Positions 32,791 to 46,730 of a DNA stretch of 64,000 nucleotides are shown piece after piece. Numbering within the stretch: position 1 is the first letter of the stretch; each line of letters starts with the position of its first letter. The notes under the pieces are model-generated. The model did not search any database and had not been told where the DNA came from. It saw only the letters and a list, made by a program, of their open reading frames with translations. The stretch is from Octopus sinensis (lineage: Eukaryota): assembly GCF_006345805.1 (NCBI RefSeq), contig NC_042997.1, positions 87,854,001-87,918,000 of the forward strand, written 5' to 3'. A program made the position numbers and the translations under genes.

Positions 32791-35439
32791 TTGTTTGTTT
32801 GTGTGTGTGTATATCTAAAATGCTTATGTACGAGAACAATTATAGCCTCATAATTCTAGAATTTTACTCTGTAATGTTTTATTAAACTCTAATATTACTT
32901 CAGCACAATAGCATTAGCAGGTATGATACTGAATGATTTTTTTTAATTTGCCAGAAAGAATCTTCAGAACAGTACAATACAAATGTTCTTAGTGATATTT
33001 GAAAAGTTTTATTTCTTCTACAGCATTTGCTAATGACACTACCAATGTACCAATGAAATTTTATTTATTATCTCTACTAAACTATATTATACCAAAATAA
33101 TTAACACCACCACCAAAAATCATTTCTAACAACTATGCAATTATGCAATCATTATTATTTTCCATCAGTGCTATGAGAATTATTGCCATTATGCTATTGT
33201 ATACACCAATATAGTTATAATAATCATCTCCCTCCTCCTTTTCATACTACTACTACTTCTAAAAGTTCAAATAATAGTTACAAGATAATTTACTCAGATG
33301 GTTCAATGTTGTGGTTAATTTGCTCTCAACAAAATCCTTAAATCTGAAGACAGCATGTTTCACAATAAATGTGAGATTCTATAGCTACAAATGTGATTGG
33401 ATGATTCATTTGATTAGCTATTTCTACAATTAACTTCACAGACAAAGCTAAAGAGAACTACTCAACAACCATAATCACAACAACATCCTAAAATAATTAT
33501 CGCTTCCCATTTGATCTGGAAAACATACACATACAAACAGAGATGCACTCACACTATACATATGAAGATGATCTAGACAACATATGATTTAGTAGATCTA
33601 AATTAAGTATTATTTTGCCTAACACTCTTACTAAATCTTAAGGAATTGAAGCTGTCTCATAGGAATAAAACTCATTAAGACAAATTCTATTTTATATATA
33701 TTTAGAACATTTGATCATGTACAAAGAGAGCAAAATAGTTAAAGCATGGCACCTACACTGATATATTGCATCACACACAACACATTTTCTCTGCTGTGTT
33801 GCATCTGACATAATGTGCCTTTGCTATTACACTATACTACAAATCATGCTTTGCCTCATTGTACTGCACAGCTAATCACTGCATGGCTGAACATTAAGTG
33901 TTATCTAAAAGGAAACTTAAACATGGTGTAGTCTGGTTTTCTCCTAAATGTTTTATCATATATCTTTGTGTCAATTTCATGAGCAGCACTGAATAGGTTA
34001 CTAAAAAAAAGAAAAAAATAATGGGCAGAATGTCTTCTTACCTGCATAGAAATTATTTACTTTTATTTTGTCACTATGAACCTTAGGCCTATTATTAATA
34101 CATTCTAATAGTTAGAGAGCAACCCATCACATACCATGTGCTGCAAGCATTTGTTTTAAATTGCTTCTTGTGATTATTTATCTATACATATCCCTTTAAG
34201 CCAGGTTGGTCTAACTATGGACATCAAAGAAATTAGCCCCTTCATTTATACACCATATCCTGCCAATGTTTTTCCACATCACCAAACAACGATTTAAAAT
34301 GAACATTAATAACACTGACTCTATGTTGTTGCCCATATACATCAATAGAAGAAATGTCTGAAGCACTTACTTTGTTTACAGACTAAAGAATAAATAAATA
34401 AAATAACTTGTTTTACCAAGAAAGGAGGAAAATTGTGTACCAGAATGGGTTTTGAAAAGTAAACCAATCTCTCTGTAATAGATATATAACTGCAGTTATT
34501 TTCTAAGGTTATTTATTTGCAGAATGAATGTTGATTTGCTTTTTTCACAAACTTATACTATAAATGTTGCTTGCTGAGAAATAAGCAGATTTTTAACTGC
34601 TGTTGTTTACTTATTTTTTGATTTAGAGTTTTTTTTCATATTTGAATCAAGAAGATTTTGACGTCTAAAAGTAAATTAGTCATGATTACTTCATTTTTAC
34701 TTTAAGATTGCAAACACATTGCTTTTACTTGTTTAGACTCAGCAACTGCAAGACCACTTTTGAATTCTGTTCTCTTGCTGCCTCCTTTATATGACTCTCA
34801 TTTTGTATTTTTCTAAATTTTTCTTCTTCAGAAAACTTTCCTTCATAAACACCTTCCTTTCCTTCTAACATTAACAACACTAATTTCACCTATTTTTATA
34901 AAAGATACATTTTTTAATATTATAAAGGCACAGGAGGAGAAGCAATGTTCATCAGCTTTGCAGGCCTTCAAAGACTGGAAATTTAATACAATATTTCAAC
35001 TTCTGTGATTTGATACATGTAGAGAAAACATTCTGTGAATGATTTTTCAGAAATTCTGGTGAGAAAGGAGGAGTAAAAAGGTTTGGGAAATGAGACACAG
35101 TAGACATAACAAGAGAAGAAATGTGTGATAAATAGTGTGGTATGCAACTTATTAGTTCAAATATTCACAAACTGTTATAATAGTTAGTAGCTGTAAAGAA
35201 GGTACATGTTGTTAATAGGATGGTAGTTTTAGTTTGCTGGTAAGTGTAGTTTGCCAGTCTGCCCGATAGCTTTTTACTTGTGTGAGTGTGTGTGTGTGTA
35301 GTTCCCAGTTTGTCTAATTGGTAATGATTTCCTTCTGTAGCTGCTTAACATTGTAGAAAACACCTTTTTTTAAGGAGGTGGGGCTCATAAAAATTAGTGT
35401 TAGCATGCAGTAGAGACAGTCAAAGCATTTACTAATACC

Positions 35440-35672
35440 TATTTCTTTACTACCCACAAGGGGCTAAACACAGAGAGGACAAACAAGGACAAACAAACGG
35501 ATTAAGTCGATTATATCGACCCCAGTGCGTAACTGGTATTTATTTAATCGACCCCAAAAGGATGAAAGGCAAAGTTGACCTTGGTGGAATTTGAACTCAG
35601 AACGTAGCAGCAGACGAAATACCGCTAAGCATTTCACCCGGCATCCTAACGATTCTGCCAGCTTGCCGCCCT
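35440..35672 (-). mobile_element. full-length Nin/Deu-like SINE with 16-bp TSD
   Basis: exact TSD agcatttactaatacc at 35424-35439 and 35673-35688. Confidence 0.92.
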
Positions 35673-37819
35673 AGCATTTACTAATACCCGTGCTTTAAAA
35701 TTCACTTGTTTAATGTTAAAATATGAATCAACCATAACCACAAACACACACACACAAAGAAAAAAGACACATTTTTTCTGCGATAGTGACCTGGTGACAT
35801 TTTGCAACCAGAAAGTTAGGAAGGTATTGATTAAAATGTGTAATATATGTTTAGTAAAATATCAATTATACGATGCCATTCTTAAAGTGAAAAACTATCA
35901 TAATTATAAAACTTTATTATTCAACTCAATTTATTATCAAATCAATCAGAGTCTGCCAAAAATTCTTTTTTCCATTCTCATTTTATAGTAAAACAAATTG
36001 TACAGCAATTGCAATCAGTTTTTTTTTTCTTTGTGATATGAAAATATCGCCAAATAATGAATTCTCTTGTGTCATTCATGACTGAAGATATGTCTTTCAT
36101 CATTTTGCTAAACTACAGCTAATATTCATTTAGCTGCAGCAGTAATTGGAGGAATTACAAGTAAAATTGCCAAATTGTACAAATCTCTGATATTAGGTAC
36201 AGTGTCTTTCATTCAGATGGTTGACAATGTCAGCCAAACAAAGAGGTCTTTCTCATAGAAACTTCAAATGCTGGAAGTTGTGATGAGAATTAATGGTAAT
36301 GTCATTGGTGTATCTGTCCTGAACAAAATGTTCACTTTGCTAATTGCCTTTTGAAGCAAAGTTTTTAATCTCACATATACCTTGTGACTTCCCTGATCAA
36401 AACATTACTTGAAAGAAGACATTATTGTATCTACAGCTTCAGAATGAACATCCCCTCTCCAAATCCCTTTTCAGCTTTTTTAGGAATCTGCAGTGTATTT
36501 CTTATACTGTTTGCCTTACTTTCTAACCTTTTTCTATCTTCCTCATTTAAACATGCTCTCTCTCTCTCTCGCACGCACGCACGCACACACAGAGACAGTC
36601 AGACAGACATAGGCAGCTGTACACAAGGGTGTATACAGATACATACTTGTTGTTGCTGTCAGTTCCTTAATTTTTGCTATTCTCTTTAATTGTTGCATGA
36701 ATCCATTGTCATAGTTTTAATTTTTGTATCAATCAGAATGTCTTTTGTCATATGGCCCAATTATTTAGACATAGCAGTGAACTGACAAAATTACATGATT
36801 ATATTTTTTAATGGCTATTTTCAGCCAATCAGATTATTTACTTGAGATCTACTCAGAATAGTCATTTCAAACCTATTTTTCTCAAAAAACAACAGCTGTT
36901 TGCTACATGTTAATTAGAGTTGGAAAAGAATGTAATTGGATTCCCTGACATTTCAAATTTTGAACTAACAAACACATACTGAAAAGAACATGCTAACAAA
37001 TATGTTAGTATTCTAAAAGACACATACTTATGGTCCCATACCAAAGGTTTAACTTTTTATTCTGTAATCTATTGAATTTTATTAACTGTTGCTTATAAGT
37101 AATAATTATTTGGGAAAAATATATTTGAACTTTCATACTGAAAATGTTTGTCCATTTCCAGACAGTTATATTCTTTGAACACTTTTTCAATACAGCATGT
37201 GATTTTTCAGGCAATATTTTCTGTGAGGGAATTATCATACATCTGCTAATCATATTTTTGTAAATATTCGGCTGCATAAATTTATATTGGTAAACTATCT
37301 GCTGCTATCATTAACTGTGCCATGTTCTTTGTTGCAGTTCTTTTACACTGAATAGTTAGTCAGGATTTGACATAATTCAGATATTCTTATTAGCATTATT
37401 AATAATTGTGATATTGTTACTACTTTTCTTGTATTCTCATTTAGTCATTTTTATTCATCTCCAACCATCAAAACTGGAAGTTTTCCACATCCATGGTAAC
37501 TCAGGTGCTGAGATAAACAATTAAATCACAGGGGTTATTAAATATTTCTCCATATATTTTTATTCCTTGTTTTTCAAATTTGTTTATCAATTGCATCCAC
37601 CCTCTGTGCATCTGTTGATGCCTTTTTAGTTGTTTGCAATGCCTTCGATAAATTGTCTGTATCCAAGTGTAATTACTGGAGAAGATTTAATCCAAACAAG
37701 AAACTTAATGTTTCCATTTGAGCTAGGTATTCAATTATATGGCCCCAGACAACAGTATCCAATTGTGACTGTACACATTCTTATCCACACTCAACTAGAA
37801 CTGAATAATTATTGAATAA

Positions 37820-38848
37820 TTAGTGTACCTGTGCCATCAGAAATAACGGCATGAAAATGATACGGAAAATAAAATTAAAATAAAAACATTACAACCTTTA
37901 TCTCAGTAATTGCTTCAACACCATGTTCCTAGTGAACCCCTTCCAGTAATGAGTTTGCCTTGTTTTGGATGGTCCTTTACCAACATTTTAATATTATTAC
38001 AACTTCTACTACTCAATGCAACATAAAGTTGTCTATGGTTGAATGCTGGTGATGGTAGGATGATACCAACATTATTGAAACTCTGCTCTTGTGATTTATT
38101 TATGATCATTGCAAATGCTGGGATAACAAGGAACTTTCATCTACTTATACTATAAGGAAGGGTTGTCCTACTGGGACGGAAGTTGATGCATGGAATAAAG
38201 GCCTCCTCTCCTTTCTTACTTCTATTAAGTATTTTTCCATGAATGAAAAAATCCTTGATGGACAGCACTAAGATCCGAGTCCCTTTGAGTAAACCTCTCA
38301 TTGGGTTCAGGTTCCTTAGCAACATGACTATCGAATGCCTTTTCAAGGTCAGTATATGAGGTGGCATCCCAGAAAGCGTCAGGGAATTTAAAAACTCCAC
38401 TGGATAATGTGAACAGTTTCATTATTTTCTTCAACTATTGTGTCAATGCAGATCGTTGCCTCACCAGGCAATAATGACATTATGTCAGTGTTTATATGAA
38501 GACAATCTTTGTTTTTAGGAGTCAAAATGATTGTTGTTGACACTCAACTGCCTTGAGTTTTGTTATGAAATGCCAGAGAGGAGATTGCTTAATTGAGGAC
38601 TCAGTTACTGCTGCATTGGACCCTTGTGGGATGACAGGTGCAGTTTGTCTGAAGTCTCCACCAAGTAGCAGCACTTTTCCACTGAATGGTCTGGGTGGAT
38701 TCATTATTTGCCTAAGTAGCAGATCAGTGGCTCTCAGAACATGGCATGATAACATTGATGCTTCATCAATAATTAAAAGGTGAACCTGCTTTAATTTTTC
38801 AGCTGACTCTGAACGGAGTCTTATGTGAGAGGTGGAACTATCATGCAA
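37820..38848 (-). mobile_element. Helitron 3' portion: degenerate PIF1-like helicase with terminal hairpin and CTAA end
   Basis: LLIIDEASM, FSGKVLLLGGDFRQTAPV, EFLNSLTLSGMPPH.L, VMLLRNLNP..GL..GT, INKSQ.QS..VGI..F.H.QLYVALS; hairpin tgccgt..atggca then CTAA|T at 37820. Confidence 0.92.
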
Positions 38849-39424
38849 TTAGTTAGTTAGTTAGTTAGTTAATTTGGCTCAAAAGCAAATAGCAAGGCCA
38901 TGTAGGGGGACATGGAGTTAAGTACAGGGTGGTGTTCATGTAAAGAGTTCAGGCCACTTGAGGTCCAGGGAGGCTTTGAACAAAGCGGTCGTCGGCATCT
39001 TCACCATCTCGTCTGGCAGCTTGTTCCACAGATCCGCAACCCGGACGGAGAAAGCTCCTCTCCTTCGATTGAGATGAAATCGTCACAGGTAGAGCTTTTC
39101 GGAATGACCCCGCAGCCGACGCTCTGGAGCAGGAGTGAAGAACAGCTCTTTCGAGAGGTTACACTTTCCGCTTATGATGTTGTGGGCGAGAATGAGATCA
39201 CCACGGCGGCGGCGTTTTTCAAGAGAATAAAGGTCGAGCGTCCTCAGCCTTTCTTCGTAGGACAAATTTTTGAGACCATGAACCATGCGGGTAGCCAGCT
39301 TCTGGACTCTTTCGAGATGCTGTATGTCTTTGAGGAGATAAGGAGAAGAGGCTTGAATCCCATACTCCAATATGGGTCTCACCAGCGTGACATAGAGTGG
39401 TAGGAATATGGCTGCTGTCAGCAT
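38849..39424 (-). mobile_element. 5'-truncated CR1 LINE with (TAAC)n tail, young
   Basis: LYVTLVRPILEY..LERVQKLATRMV.GL..LSYEERL..L.LYSLEKRR.RGDLI..RGHS; tail 38849-38871; CpGs intact. Confidence 0.93.
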
Positions 39425-40154
39425 AGCCTTACCTGAAACGGAAAAAGATCTTGAAGACAAATTTCACCGCTTTGCTGAAATTCATTCATATTTACAAAAA
39501 TCACTGTATCAGTAAATATTTGTAGATATTTATAATTACCTTCCTTTTATATTTAATTTTCTTTAAACAGACAATATTATCAAGCTTTCTTTCAATAGAC
39601 AATATTTTTATTTTATGTCATGAAAATCACTACTTATTTACTTTTATATTCTATTAAGTTTGCAACTTTTTAAGCCAAAAAATCTTCCAGAACAGTCATA
39701 GAGATACAGAAAAGATAATTTTGAGGTGCAAAAGTTGTATTTACTTATATACTGTTATTAATGTTTACCAGGAAAAAATCAGCATTCATTGAATGGAAAT
39801 ATTGTTGAGAGAAAGAGAGTGAAAGAAATAGAGAAAGCGTGGGTGAAAAAGAGAGTGTGCATCTGTAGATAGATAGAGAGAGAGGCAGCATTCATCAATA
39901 AAGTAAAAAGGGTTTTTGTTGTGAGAGAGTTCAAGAGGTGCTGTTTCATACCATTCCCTCTCTCATTGTTATTAACAATTTGTCTCGTCTCTTTTTTACT
40001 CTTACTTAACTCTGTTACTCCCTCACTGCGTGATTTTGGGCAAACTTACAAGCAAACTCATTATTATAATAGATTTTCAAGGGTTCATCAAAGGAAGAAG
40101 GCAGCAGCTTGTACTACTGTCCATCTAGTTTCACTCAAGGTTAAGATATCACAA

Positions 40155-40770
40155 AGTGGCAGTGTGGTAAGAAGTTTGCTTCCTGACCACATGGTTCTGG
40201 GTTCAGTCTCACTGCATAAAACTTTGGTATCTTCTATTATAGCCTCAGGCTAACCAAAAACTTGTGAGTGGATTTACTAGATAGAAACTGAAAGAAGTCC
40301 ATTATGTGTGTGTGTCTTTGAGTCTGTCATTGTCCCCCATCACTGCTTGACAACTGGCATTGGTGCATTTATCATCATCATCATTTAACGCCTGCTTTCT
40401 ATGCTAGCATGGGTTGGACAATTTGACTGAGGGCTGGCAAACCAGATGGCTGCACCAGGCTCCAATCTGATCTGGCAGAGTTTCTACAGCTGGATGCCCT
40501 TCCTAACACCAACCACTCCAAGAGTGTAGTGGGTGCTTTTATGTGCCACCGGCACGAGGGCCAGTCAGGCAGTACTAGCAACATCCATGCTTAAATGGTG
40601 TTTTTTCATGCCACCTGCACAGGAGCCAGTCCAACGACACTGGCAATAAATTAGTAATTTGGCAAAAGAGACCAATAGAATAAGTACCAGGCTTTAAAAA
40701 ACTAAGTACTGGGGTTGACTTGTTTAGCTAAAGTTCTTCAATGACTACAAGCAAAAGATGAAAGATGTTG
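40155..40770 (+). mobile_element. OR-type SINE interrupted by an antisense RTE 3' end (40371-40645)
   Basis: SINE motif stops at ..ggtgcattt, then atcatcatcatcatttaacg.. RTE tail, and resumes at ttagt..ttggcaaaagagacc. Confidence 0.8.
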
Positions 40771-42298
40771 ACTGTTTTCAGAGCCTTCCATGTTTTTATT
40801 TTTCTTCAGATCACTTAGTAACTCACCCTTTTTATTGAATATTTGATCAAAGTAACAAGTTCTTTACTGTCACTCATCACATCAATTAGTATTTTACATT
40901 TCATTGTAGTATCTTTTAAGCTCAAACAAAGAATGTGTTGTGTTACTAAAGCCTTCAGCTGAAGTACTAGGCCACTCCAGATTATTTTCCTTTAGCTCCA
41001 TTAGAGCACACTATCTACAGTTGAATGAACACAATTGAAATGTTGTGAGTATATCTATGATAACTGAAGATATTGTTGAATATTTTATGGCTGATTAGCA
41101 AGGAAGCCCAGAAATTCCTCATTGGTCAATAAGTGTTTGTCAACTCAAAAAAACTCTTAATGTAAGTTGTTCTTTATTGGATGCATCTGTAATATTCGTA
41201 AGCTGTAATTGTAAAGCAAATAAATAAAGAAAAGAAAAGAAAAGAAAGCTTCTGCGTTCCTATTTCAGCAAGTAAATCTCATAAAGTTAACCATTATAAA
41301 ATAGATCACATTTTGTATCTTTTGTACATCATAGCTAAGTTATCTATGTTTTAGCTATGTTAAACCAAGCTGAAATCAGCTGAGCTCTTTCTGTCAACTG
41401 TGTTAGATGATTCAACATTTCTTTGCATGACAATTCCTTGTTAGCAAAAGAAGTACAAATACTCAATATTTTTTACTATATATTTACTATTTGTTTGCGT
41501 ATGTTTTCTCACAGTTTCAGCCAACAATTCTCTAACACTTAAGAATCTGTACATGCAGTTCTGACACAGCATGACAACATTCATAGAGTTGGTGATTTTC
41601 AAAGTGTTGACAAACTTTTTTTTCCATTTACAAAATCCTTTTGAAAAAGGCCCTTTCTTTATTTCTAACATGCTGTAGTTTCCAATTATCTTTATATTAA
41701 TGGACAGAAAAGAAACAAAACAATATGCACATTTGTAGGTATGGTCATAATGAATGAAATCAAAAGCAGTGAAACAACTTGAAAAGAATGATTTTGGTTG
41801 TCAATCTGCTTTGGAAATTAAAATTGGTGGATGATTTGGTTAAGTAATAGAAACAAACCTAAGATGGTTTTGCTGTCTGGTTGCACTGATGTTTATTGTG
41901 ACAATGAAACTGAAGCTAAAGCAACAGAAAGCCCCTTAGTAGAAGTCTCTGATTTTTATTGTTGGTTAAACCTGAAACTATTTAATTTCCTTATTAAACA
42001 TAGCTTTTTAAAACAAAGTAAGACATTTTCCTAGTGAACATTCAACAAATATATAAGGAGTGGGGGAAAAAGAGAGAGAGAGAGAGAAAGAGAGCTAGTG
42101 ATACAATGTAAAGTTATCTAGTATGTAAGTTCAAACAAAACATCTGAAAGGATTCGAATATAAAATTACCTTTAACCCACATCTCCTGCAAAATAAACAC
42201 TTTTGTTACTGATGTATATGTGCATATGTCTCTGTATGAAAGAAGTATGACAGAGAAAAAAGTACTGAAGAAAGAGAGAGAGAGAGAGAAAGAAAGAG

Positions 42299-42337
<39 letters not shown>

Positions 42338-42377
42338 AACATGAACACATTTTCATATGAATGTATGTGTGTGTGTG

Positions 42378-42415
<38 letters not shown>

Positions 42416-42419
<4 letters not shown>

Positions 42420-43317
42420 GAGGTATGCAAATAAAGCCAGAATTTTGCAATATTATTTTATTCACTTAGTTTTACATGTTTACACTTTTATCGCTTTCAA
42501 AATATTCTCTGTCTGGAGCAATGCAGTTGTCCAAATGCATTTTCCACTGTTGGAAGCAGTGCTGGAACTCTTGCAAAGTGATGCCTTTTAATGCCTCCAT
42601 CATTTTTTATTCACCTCTTCCACATCTGCAAATTCCATAACACAAGCTTTTATCACCAGTGATGACCTTTAAAATAAGGTCCGGATCAACTACCAGCTGT
42701 TCTTTGCAGTTCACGACATGCATTCAGTTGTAACTGCTTTTGATCTTCTGTGAGCAAGAAAGGCACAAAATTTGCTGCAACTCTTTTCATTTGCAATTCC
42801 TAGCTCAAAATTCATTGATCAGAGCTCCAGGACACACCAGTCATATCAACAAGTTCATCAATTGTTTGGTGATGGTCCTCCAAGATCAGTTCATGAATCT
42901 TCATGATTTTTTCATTTGTTTGGATAGTCAGCAGTCGCCCTGAAGAAGGTTGGTCCTCAAGGGACAAGTAAATGTTCCAAAAGCATGGAAACCACTCATA
43001 AACTTATGCTCTAGTCATGGAAGTGTCCTTGTAAGCTGTTTGAAGCATGACAACTGTTTCAGCTGCCATTTTCCTCAGCAGAAAACAGAATTTCACAGAA
43101 GCATGTTCTTCCTTCTTTTCAGCCATCGTAAAAATTGATAAACAGGGAAGAAGCACTGCAAAACAATGATGCACCACATAGCAATATGACATCACTCAGC
43201 AACGCTGGTCAGCAGACTGATGCCTGAGGGTTGCATCAAGTGGCTTCCAGTGGCAGTAGTCCGAACTACAACAGGTTTGTCTCACAAAGGATATGTCTGG
43301 TTACTTTCGGGTCCCCC

Positions 43318-43321
<4 letters not shown>
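42416..43321 (-). mobile_element. internally deleted Tc1/mariner element, same family as 16644-17423
   Basis: colinear with the first copy; N-terminus MAEKKEEHASVKFCFLL.KMAAET..ML; TA flanks in (TA)n. Confidence 0.92.
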
Positions 43322-43352
<31 letters not shown>

Positions 43353-46300
43353 CTTAGGCATTATGATACTAACAACCTGGTGCAGAACTGCAGAAATCAT
43401 TATACATATACTTCTGAATGAAGCGCTAGTCGAGTACAAAGGAATAACTGATCATCTCATGATCTTCATTAGCTTACAGCTGTTTGCACTATAAGATGCA
43501 AAGGACTCATATTTGAGTGACAGAGAACACCTTACAGTTTCATCATAGCCTCAAACCTGAAATACAATGTTTGAAGCTTTGTCATCTTTTTCTCATATAT
43601 GTGTGTGTGTGTCTTAGTGTGGCAAGAGACTGAGAAGAAGCAAGGTTTATCCAGCTTGATGGCAATTGCTATTTAACACATTCAGACCTGAATTATTTGT
43701 TTGTATCAGAAAAGTAAGTTTTGATTACTTGAAAATAGCTCATATATAGTCCTGTGTAGGTTACAGTCAGAATTTTGAAAACCTATCACTTTGAGAATAA
43801 CCTGTATAAATTTCCGCATGGTATATCAAACTGTGAGTGAATATGAAATATGACGTTCTCACAAATCTTAATTATAGATGACTCTGTTCGATATGTCTAC
43901 AGAATTCAGTAAATATACTGTTCCGATCAAGAATAATATGACAATCTGCATGCTCTTGCAGCATTTATACTAACAATGTTATTATCTAGCTGTCTGTTCT
44001 AAATAATATTTGAGACTCTTATTAAACTTAAATTTCATTTGATTCTCAACATTAAGAAAGTAAAGCTTGTGAGTTGGAGTTGGACTTTATTGTTGTGGAG
44101 CTAATAAATTTTAAGTTACAGAGTCATTAATTTACTACTACTCTATCACCACTGTTTCCTCATGTTGGTTATGAAAATTTAATACTACACATACACACAC
44201 CATAATAAACTAAGACAAAGTACTCAAACACACAATGCTGATATAAAAGGCAAGTAACACTCAATAATATCTCTAATCAAAGGATTGCTGTGTATACTTA
44301 ATACAACTTAAATAATTTGAATATTCAATTAAAGCATGAAATGAGAACATCTATTCACATTTAATTTTCTCTGTCCTTTAGGCAGGAATTAAGCTAGTCT
44401 TATTAAACAAATTTTTTTAAATGAAACAAGCGATTTTCCCCTGCAGAAGTTCAAATTTTACTTAATTATATTAACCTGATAAATTAGAACTCTTAATTCA
44501 TTCATACCTGTAACATTGTAAAACAGAATCTGAAGAAACTAGTGATGTTATACGTTGGCATGTTGTAATCTCTATATAAATTCATGGATTGTCTGTATAT
44601 CCCACTGCAAATATATTCTATACAACAAAATTTCTTTCTTCCAGCTGTACATGTGCCTGTGTACTTGTATACTTGTTAGTTTCCTTCTCTTTATCACACA
44701 CACATTGCAGATACATAATGAATACATGTCCTTACAACAAATACTACAGTGCTCACTTGTTTTGAATATATCTCATGATATTGTGGAAAAAATAGAGCTA
44801 ATCACTTGACCCTTCCTTTTCAAATATATTCATTAATGATGAATCTTATTATGTTTACAAGAAATAGGAGTAACACTTGTATTTTAAAAGTAAAGTTTAT
44901 ATACTTGTATAAATGAAATTTAAGGAGTTTCAGCCTTACCTTTCTGGCAGATTGCCTCTATGTTACAGCTAACACCACATAAATATAGATTGCAATAAAA
45001 CAATTGGAGAAAAGTCAGCAATTTAGTTGATTAACAATGTAGAACTAGAATACAATGCTGTCATCTTTCGTTTGCAGTCTGTCTATTCATTTCAGAAACC
45101 TTGAGCAGACTTCACTATTCTAAGCAAGTTAGCAATAATCTGTTAATGGCAATGACATGCATTTAATGGTTTTGACATATTGATGATTGTTTTAGTAGAG
45201 TTTGCTCTAAGAGAACTCTTATCATTTCTTTTACTCTGATTTGACATGTGACAGCAATGGCATATTTTTCTTTTTCACTGTTCAAGTTGTTCATATGTAG
45301 CAGAAGACTTAGGTGATGGCTATAGTATTGTTGTTGTTATCCTAATGTCAGGCAATCTTGTCTTTAATTCAGGCATAGAATTATGAAGGACAATATTAAA
45401 TGTGTCCTTCCATTTTTAGATTGTAGCATATGAACTGAGGAGATTTGACTGCTATTTCTTATAGATTTAGTAACTGCATAGAAACTTCGATCAGTGATAT
45501 TACCCAGGTTTTTGTAACTTTTGGTGTATTTTGATTTTTGCTAGGGCTGGCTATCCTAAGACAACATGGTAAATTGTTTTTGCAATTTGTGCACAGTATA
45601 TATTCAGAGTTTACTTATCTAATATTTCCTATTATTGGTTTTAATGGTTAGGCATTGAACTTAAGTTGTTCTTTAGAGACTTCCAGCAAAGTGATTTTTG
45701 ATAGTTTCTATTCATTCCTATGAGCCTAATAGAGAATTGAACATGCCAGTTTTTTTCTATTTTCTGCTTATCATCTCTCTCTCTGTTAAAGTGCTTTTTA
45801 AAAAAGTTCATTCAAAATATTCACTTTATTTTTATTGGTCATCTGTTTCAATTTGAATGCTATATATTGTCATTTCCCTTACAGACAAAATAATTTCTTT
45901 TTTTTTTCTCCTTTTTTTCTAAATTATTTGTATTAGTCTTCAACTATTTTCTCATAAATATTTATATAAAACTGCTGTTGCTGTTTTAGTGATTTTCTAA
46001 TTGCAAAAATCTTCTTACACCTTCAAATAGTAAATATAACATGACAGCATCTACTTTTTGATAGTTTTATTTGAAGTATTCACAGTAATCTCTTTGGTAT
46101 TTTTTATTGAGTCTTTTAAATTTGTTGATCTTCCAATTTACTTACTTTGGACTACAATTTATTGCTGGTATGGCTAATGTAATAATACTTCATCTTTATT
46201 CTTTGAACTTAGTCTGTCCTGAGTATTTCTTTAATGTATCAATGTCTGATTTTTTTTTCTTTTGTTCTAGGCTATTGTGTACCGTCTTCCTTATTTAATC

Positions 46301-46384
46301 CAAGATATATTCTGAATGCTTTAATATCAATATCATTATTTAAACATTTATTATGGAAATATCTTTATTTAACCATACACTCCC

Positions 46385-46730
46385 TTACTCTTTCAGTTGT
46401 TTCAGTCATTTGACTGTGGCCATGCTGGAGCACCACCTCGAAGGGTTTTAGTCAAACAAATCAATCCCAGGACTTATTTCTTAAGCCCAGTACTTATTCT
46501 ATTGACCCATTTTGCTGAACCAACACCAGTTGTCAAATAGTGATGGGGTGACACACACACACACATATATATGATGGGCTTCTTTCAGTTTCCAATTACC
46601 AGATCCACTCATGAGGTTTTGGTCAGTCTGAGGCCATAGTAGAAGACACCCCCCAAGGTGGTATGCAGTGGGACTGAACCTGGAACCATGTTGTTGGGAA
46701 GCAAGCTGCTTACCACGCAGCTATGCCGTG
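46385..46730 (-). mobile_element. OR-type SINE
   Basis: family motif on reverse strand. Confidence 0.88.

Noticed and set aside
38912-39403. 163-aa plus-strand ORF
   Set aside because: Antisense shadow of the CR1 ORF2 fragment.
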